DNA of 64,000 nucleotides from Actinomycetota bacterium (lineage in GTDB: Bacteria > Actinomycetota > Thermoleophilia > RBG-16-64-13), in contig JAHJSA010000023.1 in NCBI GenBank assembly GCA_018830645.1, positions 7,482-71,481 of the forward strand. Reading direction: 5' to 3'. Within the stretch, counting starts at the first letter, position 1. The number at the start of each line of letters is the position of its first letter. Shown in pieces: positions 21,832 to 31,119 of this stretch. Under the pieces are notes generated by a model. That model searched no databases. It had not been told where the DNA came from and saw only the letters and a list, made by a program, of their open reading frames with translations. The position numbers and the translations under genes are program-made.

Positions 21832-22707
21832 TCAGTAGGCGTAGAGCTTGCCGTAGGGACGGTGGGTGAACGGGGCTATCTTGCCGAAGGGCTGCGAAAG
21901 CACCTCGGTCTCGTCGAATCCGTGCACTCGACAGAAGTCGGTGACAAGCTCCTCGATGCGGGCCGTGTCCTCGGGAGACGGGTCGACCACACTCACCTCT
22001 TTGCCGAGTTGGTGCCCCTGCACCGACCCGCGAACGTAGATCACACCGCCGTGCATGCCCGTGCCCACGTACGACCCCAGGAGCGGCTCGCTCGAATCGC
22101 CCAACCCGAGCAGGATCATCTCCCCCCCGGCCATGTACTCGCCGAAGAAGTCGCGGGCGCGTCCGCCGATCACGATGACCGGGTGCTGCTCCCCGTAGGC
22201 CTTCATGTGGATGCCCACCCGGTAGCCCACATCGCCGCGCACGTAGACTCGACCGCCGCGCATGCCATACCCGACTACATCCCCCGCATCGCCGCGCACC
22301 ACTACCAGTCCACGGTTCATGGTGTTGGCGATGCCGTCTTGGGCGTTATCGTCCACGATGACCGTGGGACCGTCCATGAAGGCGGCCAGGTCGTTGCCGG
22401 GCACGCCGTTGACCAAGATGGTGAGGTGGTCGGCGCTGATGCCGGCGCCGATGTAGCGTTGGCCGTTGACGTTGTCGAGCGCCACAGTCGATACGCCCGC
22501 TCCCACCAGCTCCCGGATCTGCTCGTTCAAGGTCTTGTAGTAGACGCCCCGGGCGTCGATGTGAGCCGTATCGCCGTCACGTGTCACTAGCCCGCTCTCG
22601 AGGCCGGGCTGGCCGGCCGTGATACGGGCGGGCTCGATGCCCGTGGGCCCGCGCCGAGCGGGGCCGGTGGGGACTCTGCGCACTGATTCCGACGAAGGTG
22701 TCATCAC
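21832..22707 (-). CDS. Glutamate synthase GXGXG-domain subunit (archaeal-type GltB C-terminal domain homologue)
   Basis: Repeated G-x-G-x-G beta-helix motifs (YIGAGISADH, VVVRGDAGDVVGYGMRGG, VYVRGDVGYRVG); immediately downstream of the FMN subunit. Confidence 0.75.
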   Translation of the reverse strand: MMTPSSESVRRVPTGPARRGPTGIEPARITAGQPGLESGLVTRDGDTAHIDARGVYYKTLNEQIRELVGAGVSTVALDNVNGQRYIGAGISADHLTILVNGVPGNDLAAFMDGPTVIVDDNAQDGIANTMNRGLVVVRGDAGDVVGYGMRGGRVYVRGDVGYRVGIHMKAYGEQHPVIVIGGRARDFFGEYMAGGEMILLGLGDSSEPLLGSYVGTGMHGGVIYVRGSVQGHQLGKEVSVVDPSPEDTARIEELVTDFCRVHGFDETEVLSQPFGKIAPFTHRPYGKLYAY

Positions 22708-22717
22708 TCGGCTCTCC

Positions 22718-24244
22718 TTAGTGGCCGACGCCGGCCGGCTTCACGCCGATGATGTCCATGGTCGTCTGGTCGAGTCCGAGCGCGCGCAGACGTTCTCGGC
22801 TGCCACGCAGGCTCTCGATGGCGTTCACCCCGACAGCTCCAAGCACCTCGGCGATCTCGTGACTCCACGCGCGGATCAGGTTGGACACGCGTTCGGCGCC
22901 CCACTCCGGATCCAGGCGGCGAGTGAGCTCCGGGCGCTGTGTGGTGATGCCCCACGAGCAGCAGCCCGTGTGGCACTTCTGACACACGTGGCAGCCCATA
23001 GCGACCAACAACGCGGTGCCCACCCCGCAGGCGTCGGCGCCGAGTGCGATGGCCTTGACGATGTCGGCCGAACTGCGGATCCCGCCTGCGGCGACGATCG
23101 AGGCGCGGTTGCGGATGCCCTCGTCGCGCAGACGCTGGTCGACGACCGCGATCGCGATCTCGATGGGGATACCAACGTGATCGCGGATGATGGTCGGAGC
23201 CGCCCCGGTGCCGCCCTTGAATCCGTCGAGGTAGACGATATCGGCTCCCGCCCGCACGACGCCGGACGCGATGGCGGCCACGTTGTGCACGCAGGCGATC
23301 TTCACCGAAACCGGCTTGTAGCCGGTGGCTTCCTTGATGGCGTAGATGAGCTGCCGCAGGTCTTCGATGGAGTAGATGTCGTGGTGCGGGGCAGGCGAGA
23401 GGGCGTCGGTGCCCTGGGGGATCATGCGGGTGGTCGAGACCTGTTCGTCGATCTTCTCGCCGGGCAGGTGGCCCCCGATGCCGGGCTTGGCACCCTGGCC
23501 AATCTTGATCTCCACCGCCGCGCCGGCCTGCAGGTAGTCGGCGTGCACGCCGAAGCGGCCCGAGGCGCACTGCACGATGATGTTGTCCTGGTAGGGCTCG
23601 AGATCGGCGTGTAGTCCGCCTTCGCCCGTGTTCATGAACGTGCCCGACGCCTTGGCCGCCATGGCCAGGGCCCGGTGCACGTTCAGCGACACCGACCCGA
23701 AGCTCATGCCCCCGAACACGATCGGGGTCTCCAACATCAGTTGCGGGTCGAGTTCGGTGAGGAGCTTCGGAGGCCCCCCGTCGCCGTTTCCATACCCCAC
23801 CACGATGGAGTCCGGCTTGCGGCCCAGGAACGTGCGCAGCTCCATGGGCTCACGCAGCGGGTCGATCGAGGGGTTGGTCACCTGGCACGCGTCGAGCAGA
23901 AGGTGGTCGAATATGCGCAGGTACGGCTTGTCGGTGCCCATGCCCGTGAGCAGCACCCCGCCTGTCTCGGCTTGGCGCCACACGGCCTTCCGCAGAGCTG
24001 ACGACATGCTGTCGGACTCCTTGTAGGCGAGGGGGTTCTTCTCGATGGTGATCGCGTCGGCCGGGCAGAAGGTGACGCAGCGATGGCACGCAGCGCACTT
24101 GGAATGATCGGGCATGGGGCGATCGTCGGCGTCGAGGTGGTACACACCCCAGCCGCACTGGTGCACGCAGCGCCCGCACTTGATGCACGCCTCGCGGTCG
24201 ATGCGCACTCGGAACTCAGGTCTGACGAAGGTCATCTCAGCCAT
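22718..24244 (-). CDS. Glutamate synthase FMN-binding large-subunit homologue with N-terminal 2x[4Fe-4S] ferredoxin domain (archaeal-type)
   Basis: N-terminal CIKCGRCVHQC and CAACHRCVTFCP ferredoxin motifs; FMN/TIM-barrel domain with DGFKGGTGAAP and the C-terminal Cys cluster for the 3Fe-4S centre. Confidence 0.8.
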   Translation of the reverse strand: MAEMTFVRPEFRVRIDREACIKCGRCVHQCGWGVYHLDADDRPMPDHSKCAACHRCVTFCPADAITIEKNPLAYKESDSMSSALRKAVWRQAETGGVLLTGMGTDKPYLRIFDHLLLDACQVTNPSIDPLREPMELRTFLGRKPDSIVVGYGNGDGGPPKLLTELDPQLMLETPIVFGGMSFGSVSLNVHRALAMAAKASGTFMNTGEGGLHADLEPYQDNIIVQCASGRFGVHADYLQAGAAVEIKIGQGAKPGIGGHLPGEKIDEQVSTTRMIPQGTDALSPAPHHDIYSIEDLRQLIYAIKEATGYKPVSVKIACVHNVAAIASGVVRAGADIVYLDGFKGGTGAAPTIIRDHVGIPIEIAIAVVDQRLRDEGIRNRASIVAAGGIRSSADIVKAIALGADACGVGTALLVAMGCHVCQKCHTGCCSWGITTQRPELTRRLDPEWGAERVSNLIRAWSHEIAEVLGAVGVNAIESLRGSRERLRALGLDQTTMDIIGVKPAGVGH

Positions 24245-24253
24245 GGCAGACCT

Positions 24254-25495
24254 CTACGCGACCGCGTTGTACGCGGCTGAGGTGGCAAGGTTGACGCCGT
24301 CTTCCAGCCGCGCGATAACCGGCTCACCGGCACGCGGCATCCAGGTGAGCTCGGGTTTCGGGCAGATCTCGCGGATCGCTGACTCCTCGCTGGCCACGTA
24401 CACGGTCGTGCCCATGCGAGCCGCGGCCAAGGGCCGGAGCTTGATGCGGTCGCTGAGGGCCACCATTCCCTCGCCCATGCCCAGGACGACCGCGAACGGG
24501 CCGTTGAGCAGCGCGGGCCCGTAGACCGCCCGCAGAGCGGTGTACAGCTGACGGTCGTCCTTCTCCATCAGATCGATGTCCTTCCAGAAAGGACTGGCCA
24601 GCGCCTTGCAGGCGATCTCGACCGACAGCCCATGGCGTCGCAGCAAGAGGTCGAACAGATACGTGACCACCTCGGTGTCGGTGCGCATCGAGCACTTGTA
24701 CCCGAACATCTCCAGGTAGCGCTGGTTGATGCCATACGAGCTGATCTCGCCGTTGTGAACGATGCTGTAGTCGAGCAGGCAGAAGGGGTGTGCGCCGCCC
24801 CACCATCCCGGCGTGTTCGTGGGGAAGCGACCATGGCCGGTCCAGGTCCAACCCCTGTACTCGTCGAGGCGGTAGAACTCGCCTATCTCCTCGGGAAACC
24901 CCACGCCCTTGAAAGCGCCCATGTTGCGCCCCGAAGAGGCGACGAAGGCTCCCTTGATGTGGTTGTTCACGTCCATGACCGAGTGGACCACGTAATCTTC
25001 GGCGCTCAGCTGCGTCTCGGCCAAACGCTCGTCGCTGATCTCGAGGAAGTATCGCCAGAGGATGGGCTCGTCTTCGATGCCGCGCACCGACTTCGACGGG
25101 ATCGGCTCGTGATGTAGGATCACGAAATGCCGCGCCAGGTAGTACTCGGTGTCGTCCTTGGCTACGTCGTCGTTGAAGAGCATGTGGAAGCAGAAGGCGT
25201 AGGGGAAGTCGGGATAGATGCCGTAGCCAGCGAAGCCTCCTCCCAAGCCGTTGCCACGGTCGTGCATCGAAGACATGCTGCGCAGAGCGAGCTCGCCGCT
25301 CATGCGACCGCCCGATTCGTCACACACGCCCATCAGTCCGCACCCACCCAGGATGCGTTCCTCGGCCTCGGCCGTGTAGGCCGGTCGCGGAACGAGGTCA
25401 CTCGAACGCGAACCTGGCGCGGGCAGCCCCCCGTAGGGGCGCCTGGCGCTCCGCCTGTCGGCCTCGCCGAATCGGTTGAGACCGCGCGCGCTCAA
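24254..25495 (-). CDS. Class-II (Ntn) glutamine amidotransferase subunit of archaeal-type glutamate synthase; possible N-terminal propeptide
   Basis: GATase-2 fold with nucleophile context G-C-G-L-M-G-V; the Cys is not directly preceded by a start codon; TTG at 25495 overlaps the upstream gene stop (TTGA), implying a ~46-aa propeptide if used. Confidence 0.65.
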   Translation of the reverse strand: MSARGLNRFGEADRRSARRPYGGLPAPGSRSSDLVPRPAYTAEAEERILGGCGLMGVCDESGGRMSGELALRSMSSMHDRGNGLGGGFAGYGIYPDFPYAFCFHMLFNDDVAKDDTEYYLARHFVILHHEPIPSKSVRGIEDEPILWRYFLEISDERLAETQLSAEDYVVHSVMDVNNHIKGAFVASSGRNMGAFKGVGFPEEIGEFYRLDEYRGWTWTGHGRFPTNTPGWWGGAHPFCLLDYSIVHNGEISSYGINQRYLEMFGYKCSMRTDTEVVTYLFDLLLRRHGLSVEIACKALASPFWKDIDLMEKDDRQLYTALRAVYGPALLNGPFAVVLGMGEGMVALSDRIKLRPLAAARMGTTVYVASEESAIREICPKPELTWMPRAGEPVIARLEDGVNLATSAAYNAVA

Positions 25496-26844
25496 CGCTC
25501 CGCCTTCCGCGCGGACAGCATCTTCTTGAGTTCCTCTCCCCCGGTGCGCGGCAGTGGATCCAGCCCCAGTTTGGTCCGGGCGCTCTCCCTCGGCTCGCCC
25601 AGCGATCCTGTCGACAGGAACATGTCATACGCCGAGCGCACCGCAGCCGGCACGCTGCCACGTTCCGCTGACAGCTCCTTCAGCTTGCGGAACACTTCGG
25701 CCATACCCAGCCGGCTATGGCACCGCTCGTAGCACGTGTAGCACTCGAGGCACTTCCACAGGTCGGCACGGTCGATCACCCCGTCGATGTCGCCGGACAA
25801 GATCTCGCCGATGATGCCGGTCGGGCTGAAGCCCGATCCCGCCTTCGTGACCGGACAGTCTTCCTCGCAGGCATGGCAATCGGCGCACTTCTGCAGTTCG
25901 GTCACCGCGAAGTCGCGTGCGATCTCTCGATGCTGGGCGGCTCTCTCGTTCCACTTCTCGAGGAAAGGCTCGGTGCTCACTCGGTGCATCGAGAGCCCGA
26001 TCTCGTCGGGCTCGTGGCCGAGCGTAAGCGCGAACAGCTCCGAGTAGTAGAAGACAGGGAGACCGGCCCGGGCCTCGGCTCCCCGAAGGAGTGAGGCTTG
26101 ATTCAAGTCGAACTGCTGAAGACAGGAGGGGCACACCACCACGAGCGCATCCACTCCCACTCCAGTGAGGTCATCGAGCTTGTTCCGGCAGAGATCGAGG
26201 GCACTGTCGCGCTCGCCGACGCGGTCGAGAGCGCCGCCGCAGCAGTCCATCTTGGTCTCGTAGTCAACGACGGTCGCGCCCAGGGCCCGCACCAGGTCTT
26301 CGAGTTTGGTGGGATTGGTCGAGCTATCCCAACGCACAGCCGGGCTTGGCCGCAAGAGGTGGCAGCCGTAGTGCACGGCCACGCGCATGCCCCACAGGGG
26401 CTTCTGCACCATCTTCGCGATGGCGGCCGGGCCGAGCTCCTCGTAGAGCCACTCGGCCAGGTGACTCACCGCGGGCAGCGACACCTCACGTGGGTGGCCC
26501 TCACCTTCCGAGACGATGTCGGCGACTCGGTCGGCGAGCCGCCAATCGGCCCGAAGGGTCGCCGAGACCGACTTGAACGTTGAGTAGCAGCCGTTGCAGG
26601 GGGTGACGATGGAGACACCCGCTTCGTCGGCCAGGAAGAGGTTCCGCGCGGCCGTGGCGTAGTAGGCCTCTTCATCCATGGCCTTCATCAGCGTGCCTTC
26701 AGGGCAGCACGTGTAGCCTTCCACCGCGACGGGTAGGCCACCGGCGGCGGCGATTGCGATCCTCGTGGACTTCTCTATGAACGGGAAGCGGGCTGGGATG
26801 GTGCAACCCCAGAACACCGAGAACGTCTTGGGCATCACTGTCAC
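25492..26844 (-). CDS. Iron-sulfur protein with two N-terminal CCG (Cys-rich HdrB-type) domains and a C-terminal 2x[4Fe-4S] HdrC-like domain
   Basis: CCG motifs (YTCCPEG, TPCNGCYSTF, MDCCGGALD, VVCPSCLQQF) followed by CADCHACEEDCP and CLECYTCYERC ferredoxin motifs; translationally coupled to the amidotransferase gene. Confidence 0.7.
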   Translation of the reverse strand: MTVMPKTFSVFWGCTIPARFPFIEKSTRIAIAAAGGLPVAVEGYTCCPEGTLMKAMDEEAYYATAARNLFLADEAGVSIVTPCNGCYSTFKSVSATLRADWRLADRVADIVSEGEGHPREVSLPAVSHLAEWLYEELGPAAIAKMVQKPLWGMRVAVHYGCHLLRPSPAVRWDSSTNPTKLEDLVRALGATVVDYETKMDCCGGALDRVGERDSALDLCRNKLDDLTGVGVDALVVVCPSCLQQFDLNQASLLRGAEARAGLPVFYYSELFALTLGHEPDEIGLSMHRVSTEPFLEKWNERAAQHREIARDFAVTELQKCADCHACEEDCPVTKAGSGFSPTGIIGEILSGDIDGVIDRADLWKCLECYTCYERCHSRLGMAEVFRKLKELSAERGSVPAAVRSAYDMFLSTGSLGEPRESARTKLGLDPLPRTGGEELKKMLSARKAER

Positions 26845-26905
26845 CTGCTGAGTCTTGCGCCTTTATGCCGAGCGACACGAGATTACCGAGCACCCCCGAA
26901 GTCGT

Positions 26906-28048
26906 TCATCCACTGGGGGTAAGACAGTCTACCCCCGGAGGTCGCCTCGCATTCATGTACATCTGGCGTACAGGGCCACCCGCCTTCGTGGCCACATGTA
27001 CTACGTAGCCGAGACTTCGGGCGCGCCGGAATCCCGCTGGAGGCGGAGAGTATGTCTCGAGCGGGTTGGCGGGAAGCCCCTGGCGGGGCGAGCCGTGGTT
27101 GTAGTCTCGCGGCGCCACGTCGTTCGGCGAATCCGGATAGAAGATCGAGGCAAGGGTTTGGATGTGGTCCCTCCCGGGCCCGAGCTCGAACTGCCCGCCG
27201 CCGTACATGGGGATCGACTCCGCCTGACAGAATCCGATCGCTTCGAGCAACCGAGCCAGTGAGCCGAAGCGAGAGGGTTTGATGTTGATGGCCCCAGGTC
27301 GAGAGGCCAGCGCCTGTATGTCGGCGACCGAGTGGATGGGCGCATCCCAGCTGATGCGATCCTGTGCGTCGGCGATGAGCTCGAGCGCTTCATCGCATGG
27401 CGCGGGGTCCTCGATCCACACATCGGGGAAGCTCTCGACCACCCGACGGTAGAGGGCGGGGTCGAAGTCTTGATCGACCGGAGTACCGCGATAGGCCCCC
27501 TTGAGGTCGACCACGCGCACACGGCCGGTATCGGCGAGAGCGCGGCAGAGGTCGGGGCTCCACGAACTCTGCGCGTCGAGCTTGAACTCCAGCGAGGGCT
27601 GCGCTTCTAGCCAACCCAACACCACCATCGCGTCGGGAGGGTCGCCCAGCCGCGTCGAGACGACGAAGCGTGTGGGACGTTCCCCCACCCCGAGCGCACC
27701 ACCGAGTGATAGCCCGTTCTGGCGCAGGGCCAGATCGAGCGCGGCGCTCTCGAACCCCCACCGCGAGTAGGCCTCGGTCTCCAAAGGCAGGAGCGGTTCG
27801 AGCAGGGCCGAGAAACCGGCGAGATCGCCCTCGTAGCGCAAGTCGAACCGGGAGTGCACCGGGAGCACCGCCTCGTGGGCGGCGGCATCGTAGGTGACGT
27901 CTTCACCGCGCCCCTCCTCCCCCGCTCCCCGAAGGGTCACCACGGTGGTGACCCGCGTGAACCCGCTGGACACGTCTCGGCTCAGGGACGCGAGCCCGTG
28001 CCCCTTGACCGCCAGGGAGAGACCGGCCACACGCGCGTAATCGGTCAT
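26906..28048 (-). CDS. Enolase-superfamily protein (mandelate racemase/muconate lactonising enzyme, o-succinylbenzoate synthase-like)
   Basis: Pattern of barrel residues FKLD, VVDLKG, WIEDP, ISWDAPIHSVADI, INIKPSRFGS and MYGGGQFE resembles MLE/OSBS metal-ligand and catalytic-Lys positions; C-terminus of the ORF is probably shorter than the track suggests. Confidence 0.45.
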   Translation of the reverse strand: MTDYARVAGLSLAVKGHGLASLSRDVSSGFTRVTTVVTLRGAGEEGRGEDVTYDAAAHEAVLPVHSRFDLRYEGDLAGFSALLEPLLPLETEAYSRWGFESAALDLALRQNGLSLGGALGVGERPTRFVVSTRLGDPPDAMVVLGWLEAQPSLEFKLDAQSSWSPDLCRALADTGRVRVVDLKGAYRGTPVDQDFDPALYRRVVESFPDVWIEDPAPCDEALELIADAQDRISWDAPIHSVADIQALASRPGAINIKPSRFGSLARLLEAIGFCQAESIPMYGGGQFELGPGRDHIQTLASIFYPDSPNDVAPRDYNHGSPRQGLPANPLETYSPPPAGFRRARSLGYVVHVATKAGGPVRQMYMNARRPPGVDCLTPSG

Positions 28049-28064
28049 GCCTGCTCCTTCTGCG

Positions 28065-28943
28065 TTAGAGAGCCCGCCACGATTCGGGACGCATCACACC
28101 TGTGTCCGGGGCGTCGAGGAACGTGTCGAGCGCGCTAAGCATGCTCTCCTTGTCGGCCGGCAACCTGCCACCCACGGAGACGTAGTTGGAGGCGTGGTTC
28201 GAACGGAACAGCGCGTCAGATACGTTCGTGTGCGCGAGGATCGTGCGGAGCTCACTCAGCATTGACAGAGGATCGGGCACCACGAACTCCCCATTCGCCA
28301 CCCGGCGAGCGAGGGGTGTGCCCTCTACCACCATCAGACTGAGTACGCCGATGAACTGTGGGTCGGTGGCCGAGAGGGCGCGCCCGGTAGCGACGGCGTG
28401 CACCTGCGAGCGTTCCACGCCCGCGAGGCCGAGGATGGCGGTGATGGACATGCTCATGCCGGCGTTGACGGCGCGACGAGAGGCCTCGACCTGCTCCGCG
28501 ACCGTGACGCGCTTGTTGCAGGCTTCGAGGGTGGCGTCATCGCCGGATTCGAGGCCCAAGAAGAGCAGGGTCAGGCCGGCGGCCGCCAACCGGGTCAATT
28601 GCTCCGGGCTCTTCCGCAGCAGCGACTGAGCGGTGGCGTAGGAGCTCACCCGCTCAAGGTGCGGGAGCTCGTCGTGTAGGAGTGAGAGCAGCTCGAGCAG
28701 ACGGCTCTGGGGGAGCATGAGCGCGTCTCCATCGGCTAGGAACACGCGTCGCGCGTGTCGCTTGACCGCCAAGGGAAGACCCCGTACGTCCTCCACGACC
28801 TCCGAGAACGGCCGCACACGAAAGGGCTTCTCCAGGTACGTGGCGCAGAAGGTGCAGCCGTTGTTCGAGCACCCGTAGGTGACTTGAAGGATGAGGCTAT
28901 CTGCTTCACTGGGCGGCCGGATGACGGCGCCTTGGTAGCGCAT
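28065..28943 (-). CDS. Radical SAM domain protein
   Basis: CxxxCxxC motif in LQVTYGCSNNGCTFC; ~292 aa from ATG at 28943 (residue 109 of the track ORF, whose N-terminal extension is unlikely to be real). Confidence 0.7.
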   Translation of the reverse strand: MRYQGAVIRPPSEADSLILQVTYGCSNNGCTFCATYLEKPFRVRPFSEVVEDVRGLPLAVKRHARRVFLADGDALMLPQSRLLELLSLLHDELPHLERVSSYATAQSLLRKSPEQLTRLAAAGLTLLFLGLESGDDATLEACNKRVTVAEQVEASRRAVNAGMSMSITAILGLAGVERSQVHAVATGRALSATDPQFIGVLSLMVVEGTPLARRVANGEFVVPDPLSMLSELRTILAHTNVSDALFRSNHASNYVSVGGRLPADKESMLSALDTFLDAPDTGVMRPESWRAL

Positions 28944-29197
28944 GCGCTGAACGATAGCACAGGGTCGCAGGACATGGTCGCGGGGCAGGTTCGCAGAACA
29001 CAGTCGCAGAAGAGGTTCACCGCTCGGGGGCGATGGCGTTCGGTCGACCGTTCCGCACGCTCCGGCGCGAGGGCGGGAGGCATGCGTCTCCGCGCATGCT
29101 AGGTCGGGCGGGTTCAGTGACGGGGTCATTACATTTGTCCGGCTCCGGTAGGGTAAACTCTGGTAGCAACGATCGAGCTGATCTGGAGTGCGCCGCA

Positions 29198-30265
29198 ATG
29201 GGAGACACATCGTCGATGGACGAGACGGGAGCCGAGCAGGCCGTCGCCACTGAAGCCGACACGGCATGCGCGCTGCCGGGCAACCTTCCGGCGAGTTCGC
29301 CGGCGCCAGGCGCCGGGTCCGCGGGCCGGGACATGGTCGCCACGTACCAGGTGTTCCAGCGGGTGCAGGAGGGCGTGGTCGGCCGGAGCCGCGAGGTACG
29401 CGAGATCTTCGCGGCCATCCTCAGCCGCAAGCACATACTGCTCGAAGGGCCCCCAGGCACCAGTAAGTCGACCATCGTGCGATCGATCGCACGCTCGATG
29501 AACGTGCCCTTCTACTTCATCGAGGGCTCCATCGACCTCACACCCTCGAAGCTCCTCGGCTACTTCAACCCCGGCAAGGTGTTGCAGGACAGTTACCAGC
29601 GCGAGTACTTCGAGATGGGCCCCCTCACTCAGGCCATGGAAGAGGGTGGTGTGCTCTACTTGGAGGAGTTCAATCGCATGAGCTCCGAATCGGCCAACCT
29701 CCTGATCACGCCGATGGAAGAGGGCGTCATCAACATTCCGCGCTACGGCCAGGTCACGGCCCTCGACGGCTTCACCATCATCTGTTCGCAGAACCCCTAC
29801 GACGATGTCGGAACTCTGCAGGTGAGCCGCGCTTTCCTCGATCGGGTGGTGCGCATCCGCATGGACTACCAGTCGGAGGAAGAGGAGATCGAGATCGTCA
29901 AGTTGCGGTCCTGCAACTACGACGACGGGCTGGCCAAGACCGCCGTCCGAGTGACGCGCCTCACCCGCGACACACCTGAGATCAAGCTGGGCGCCTCGGT
30001 CCGCGCGGCCATCGACATCGTGACGATCGTGCAGAACCTCACCCTCCTCTCCGACGACGAGTTGCGTGCCGAAGACCTGGCGGATGCCTGCAAGATGGCC
30101 CTCACGAGCAAGATCTGGCTCTTGGAGACCATCAACGTGACCCCCGAAGAGGTGGTCGACCGCGTGATCGCCCGCGCCCGTCGCGAGCTCGGCGCCGACT
30201 TCTACCTCGGCGCCGACCAGGATAAAAAAAAAGTTTCGCAGAACTCCTGGAGGAGTCGGGGATAG
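29198..30265 (+). CDS. MoxR-family AAA+ ATPase
   Basis: Walker A GPPGTSKST, Walker B LYLEEFNR, sensor residues; start at ATG 29198 (residue 56 of the track ORF); the reading frame continues into the VWA gene if one A is added to the A9 run at 30224..30232. Confidence 0.8.
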   Translation: MGDTSSMDETGAEQAVATEADTACALPGNLPASSPAPGAGSAGRDMVATYQVFQRVQEGVVGRSREVREIFAAILSRKHILLEGPPGTSKSTIVRSIARSMNVPFYFIEGSIDLTPSKLLGYFNPGKVLQDSYQREYFEMGPLTQAMEEGGVLYLEEFNRMSSESANLLITPMEEGVINIPRYGQVTALDGFTIICSQNPYDDVGTLQVSRAFLDRVVRIRMDYQSEEEEIEIVKLRSCNYDDGLAKTAVRVTRLTRDTPEIKLGASVRAAIDIVTIVQNLTLLSDDELRAEDLADACKMALTSKIWLLETINVTPEEVVDRVIARARRELGADFYLGADQDKKKVSQNSWRSRG

Positions 30266-30312
30266 AGCTGCTCAAGCGTCGATTCGACACCGGTGAGATC
30301 ACCGCGTTCGAG

Positions 30313-31119
30313 ATGGCAGAGGCCATCAACCTCGACCCTCAGATGCAGCAGCAGTTCCTCGACGACGAGGAGTTCATAAAGTACTTCGCAAAACTGAACC
30401 ACCTTCTTCGCTCTCGCCTGCGCGAGAAGGCGTTCGTCCTCGCAAAGAGACTGATCTTGAAGGTGGCAAGCCAACTGGTGGGAACCGGAGTGCGCAAGGG
30501 CACCCTTCACCTTCGCCAAGGGACCTTCACCGACGAGATCGACATCGACGCGACCCTCGAGAACCTGGTCACGAACCCACTCGGAGATCTTGAGGAGAAC
30601 CTCGCGATCTGGGACCGCAAGCGAGAGGAGATCGGGTTTGTCATGATGTTCGACCACAGCTACTCCATGCGTGGGCCGAAGATCGTGCTCGCAGCGCTCT
30701 GCATAGCCGCCATCGCAATCTACTTCAAGAAGAACTACGGCGTGGTGGCGTTCAGCACCGATGTGGAGACGGTGAAGACCATCACCGACAAGATACACCA
30801 CGAGACGCTGCTTGATCGCGTCTTCGATCTGCCTATCGAAGGGCTCACCAACATATCGGGCGCCCTTGCCACCGGCCTCGGTCAACTCAAGAGCTACAAC
30901 AAGAAGTTCGGTCTCCTGCTCACCGACGGGGGTTGGACCACCGGCGAAGACCCCATGGCCGTCGCTTCACGGTTCGATCGCCTGAACGTGATCGCCTTTC
31001 CCCCCGCGAATCCCGACAAGGTGCGCCTCATCGCGGAGGCCGGACGTGGTACGTTCCAATTCGTGGACAACGAGGAGGCGATCACCGGCGCGATCGTGAG
31101 AGCCTTGCAGGCGCATTGA
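30313..31119 (+). CDS. von Willebrand factor type A (VWA) domain protein, MoxR partner
   Basis: MIDAS motif DHSYSMRG plus downstream T and D ligands; open frame extends upstream to 30226 with no start codon, suggesting a fusion or frameshift with the MoxR gene. Confidence 0.75.
   Translation: MAEAINLDPQMQQQFLDDEEFIKYFAKLNHLLRSRLREKAFVLAKRLILKVASQLVGTGVRKGTLHLRQGTFTDEIDIDATLENLVTNPLGDLEENLAIWDRKREEIGFVMMFDHSYSMRGPKIVLAALCIAAIAIYFKKNYGVVAFSTDVETVKTITDKIHHETLLDRVFDLPIEGLTNISGALATGLGQLKSYNKKFGLLLTDGGWTTGEDPMAVASRFDRLNVIAFPPANPDKVRLIAEAGRGTFQFVDNEEAITGAIVRALQAH

Noticed and set aside
24254-25495. Calling the amidotransferase start at the internal ATG (LMGVCDE...)
   Set aside because: This would place the catalytic Cys at position 4 after an M-G-V leader rather than at the mature N-terminus. 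It would also discard the conserved C-G-L-M-G-V nucleophile context. Start left at the coupled TTG, flagged as uncertain.
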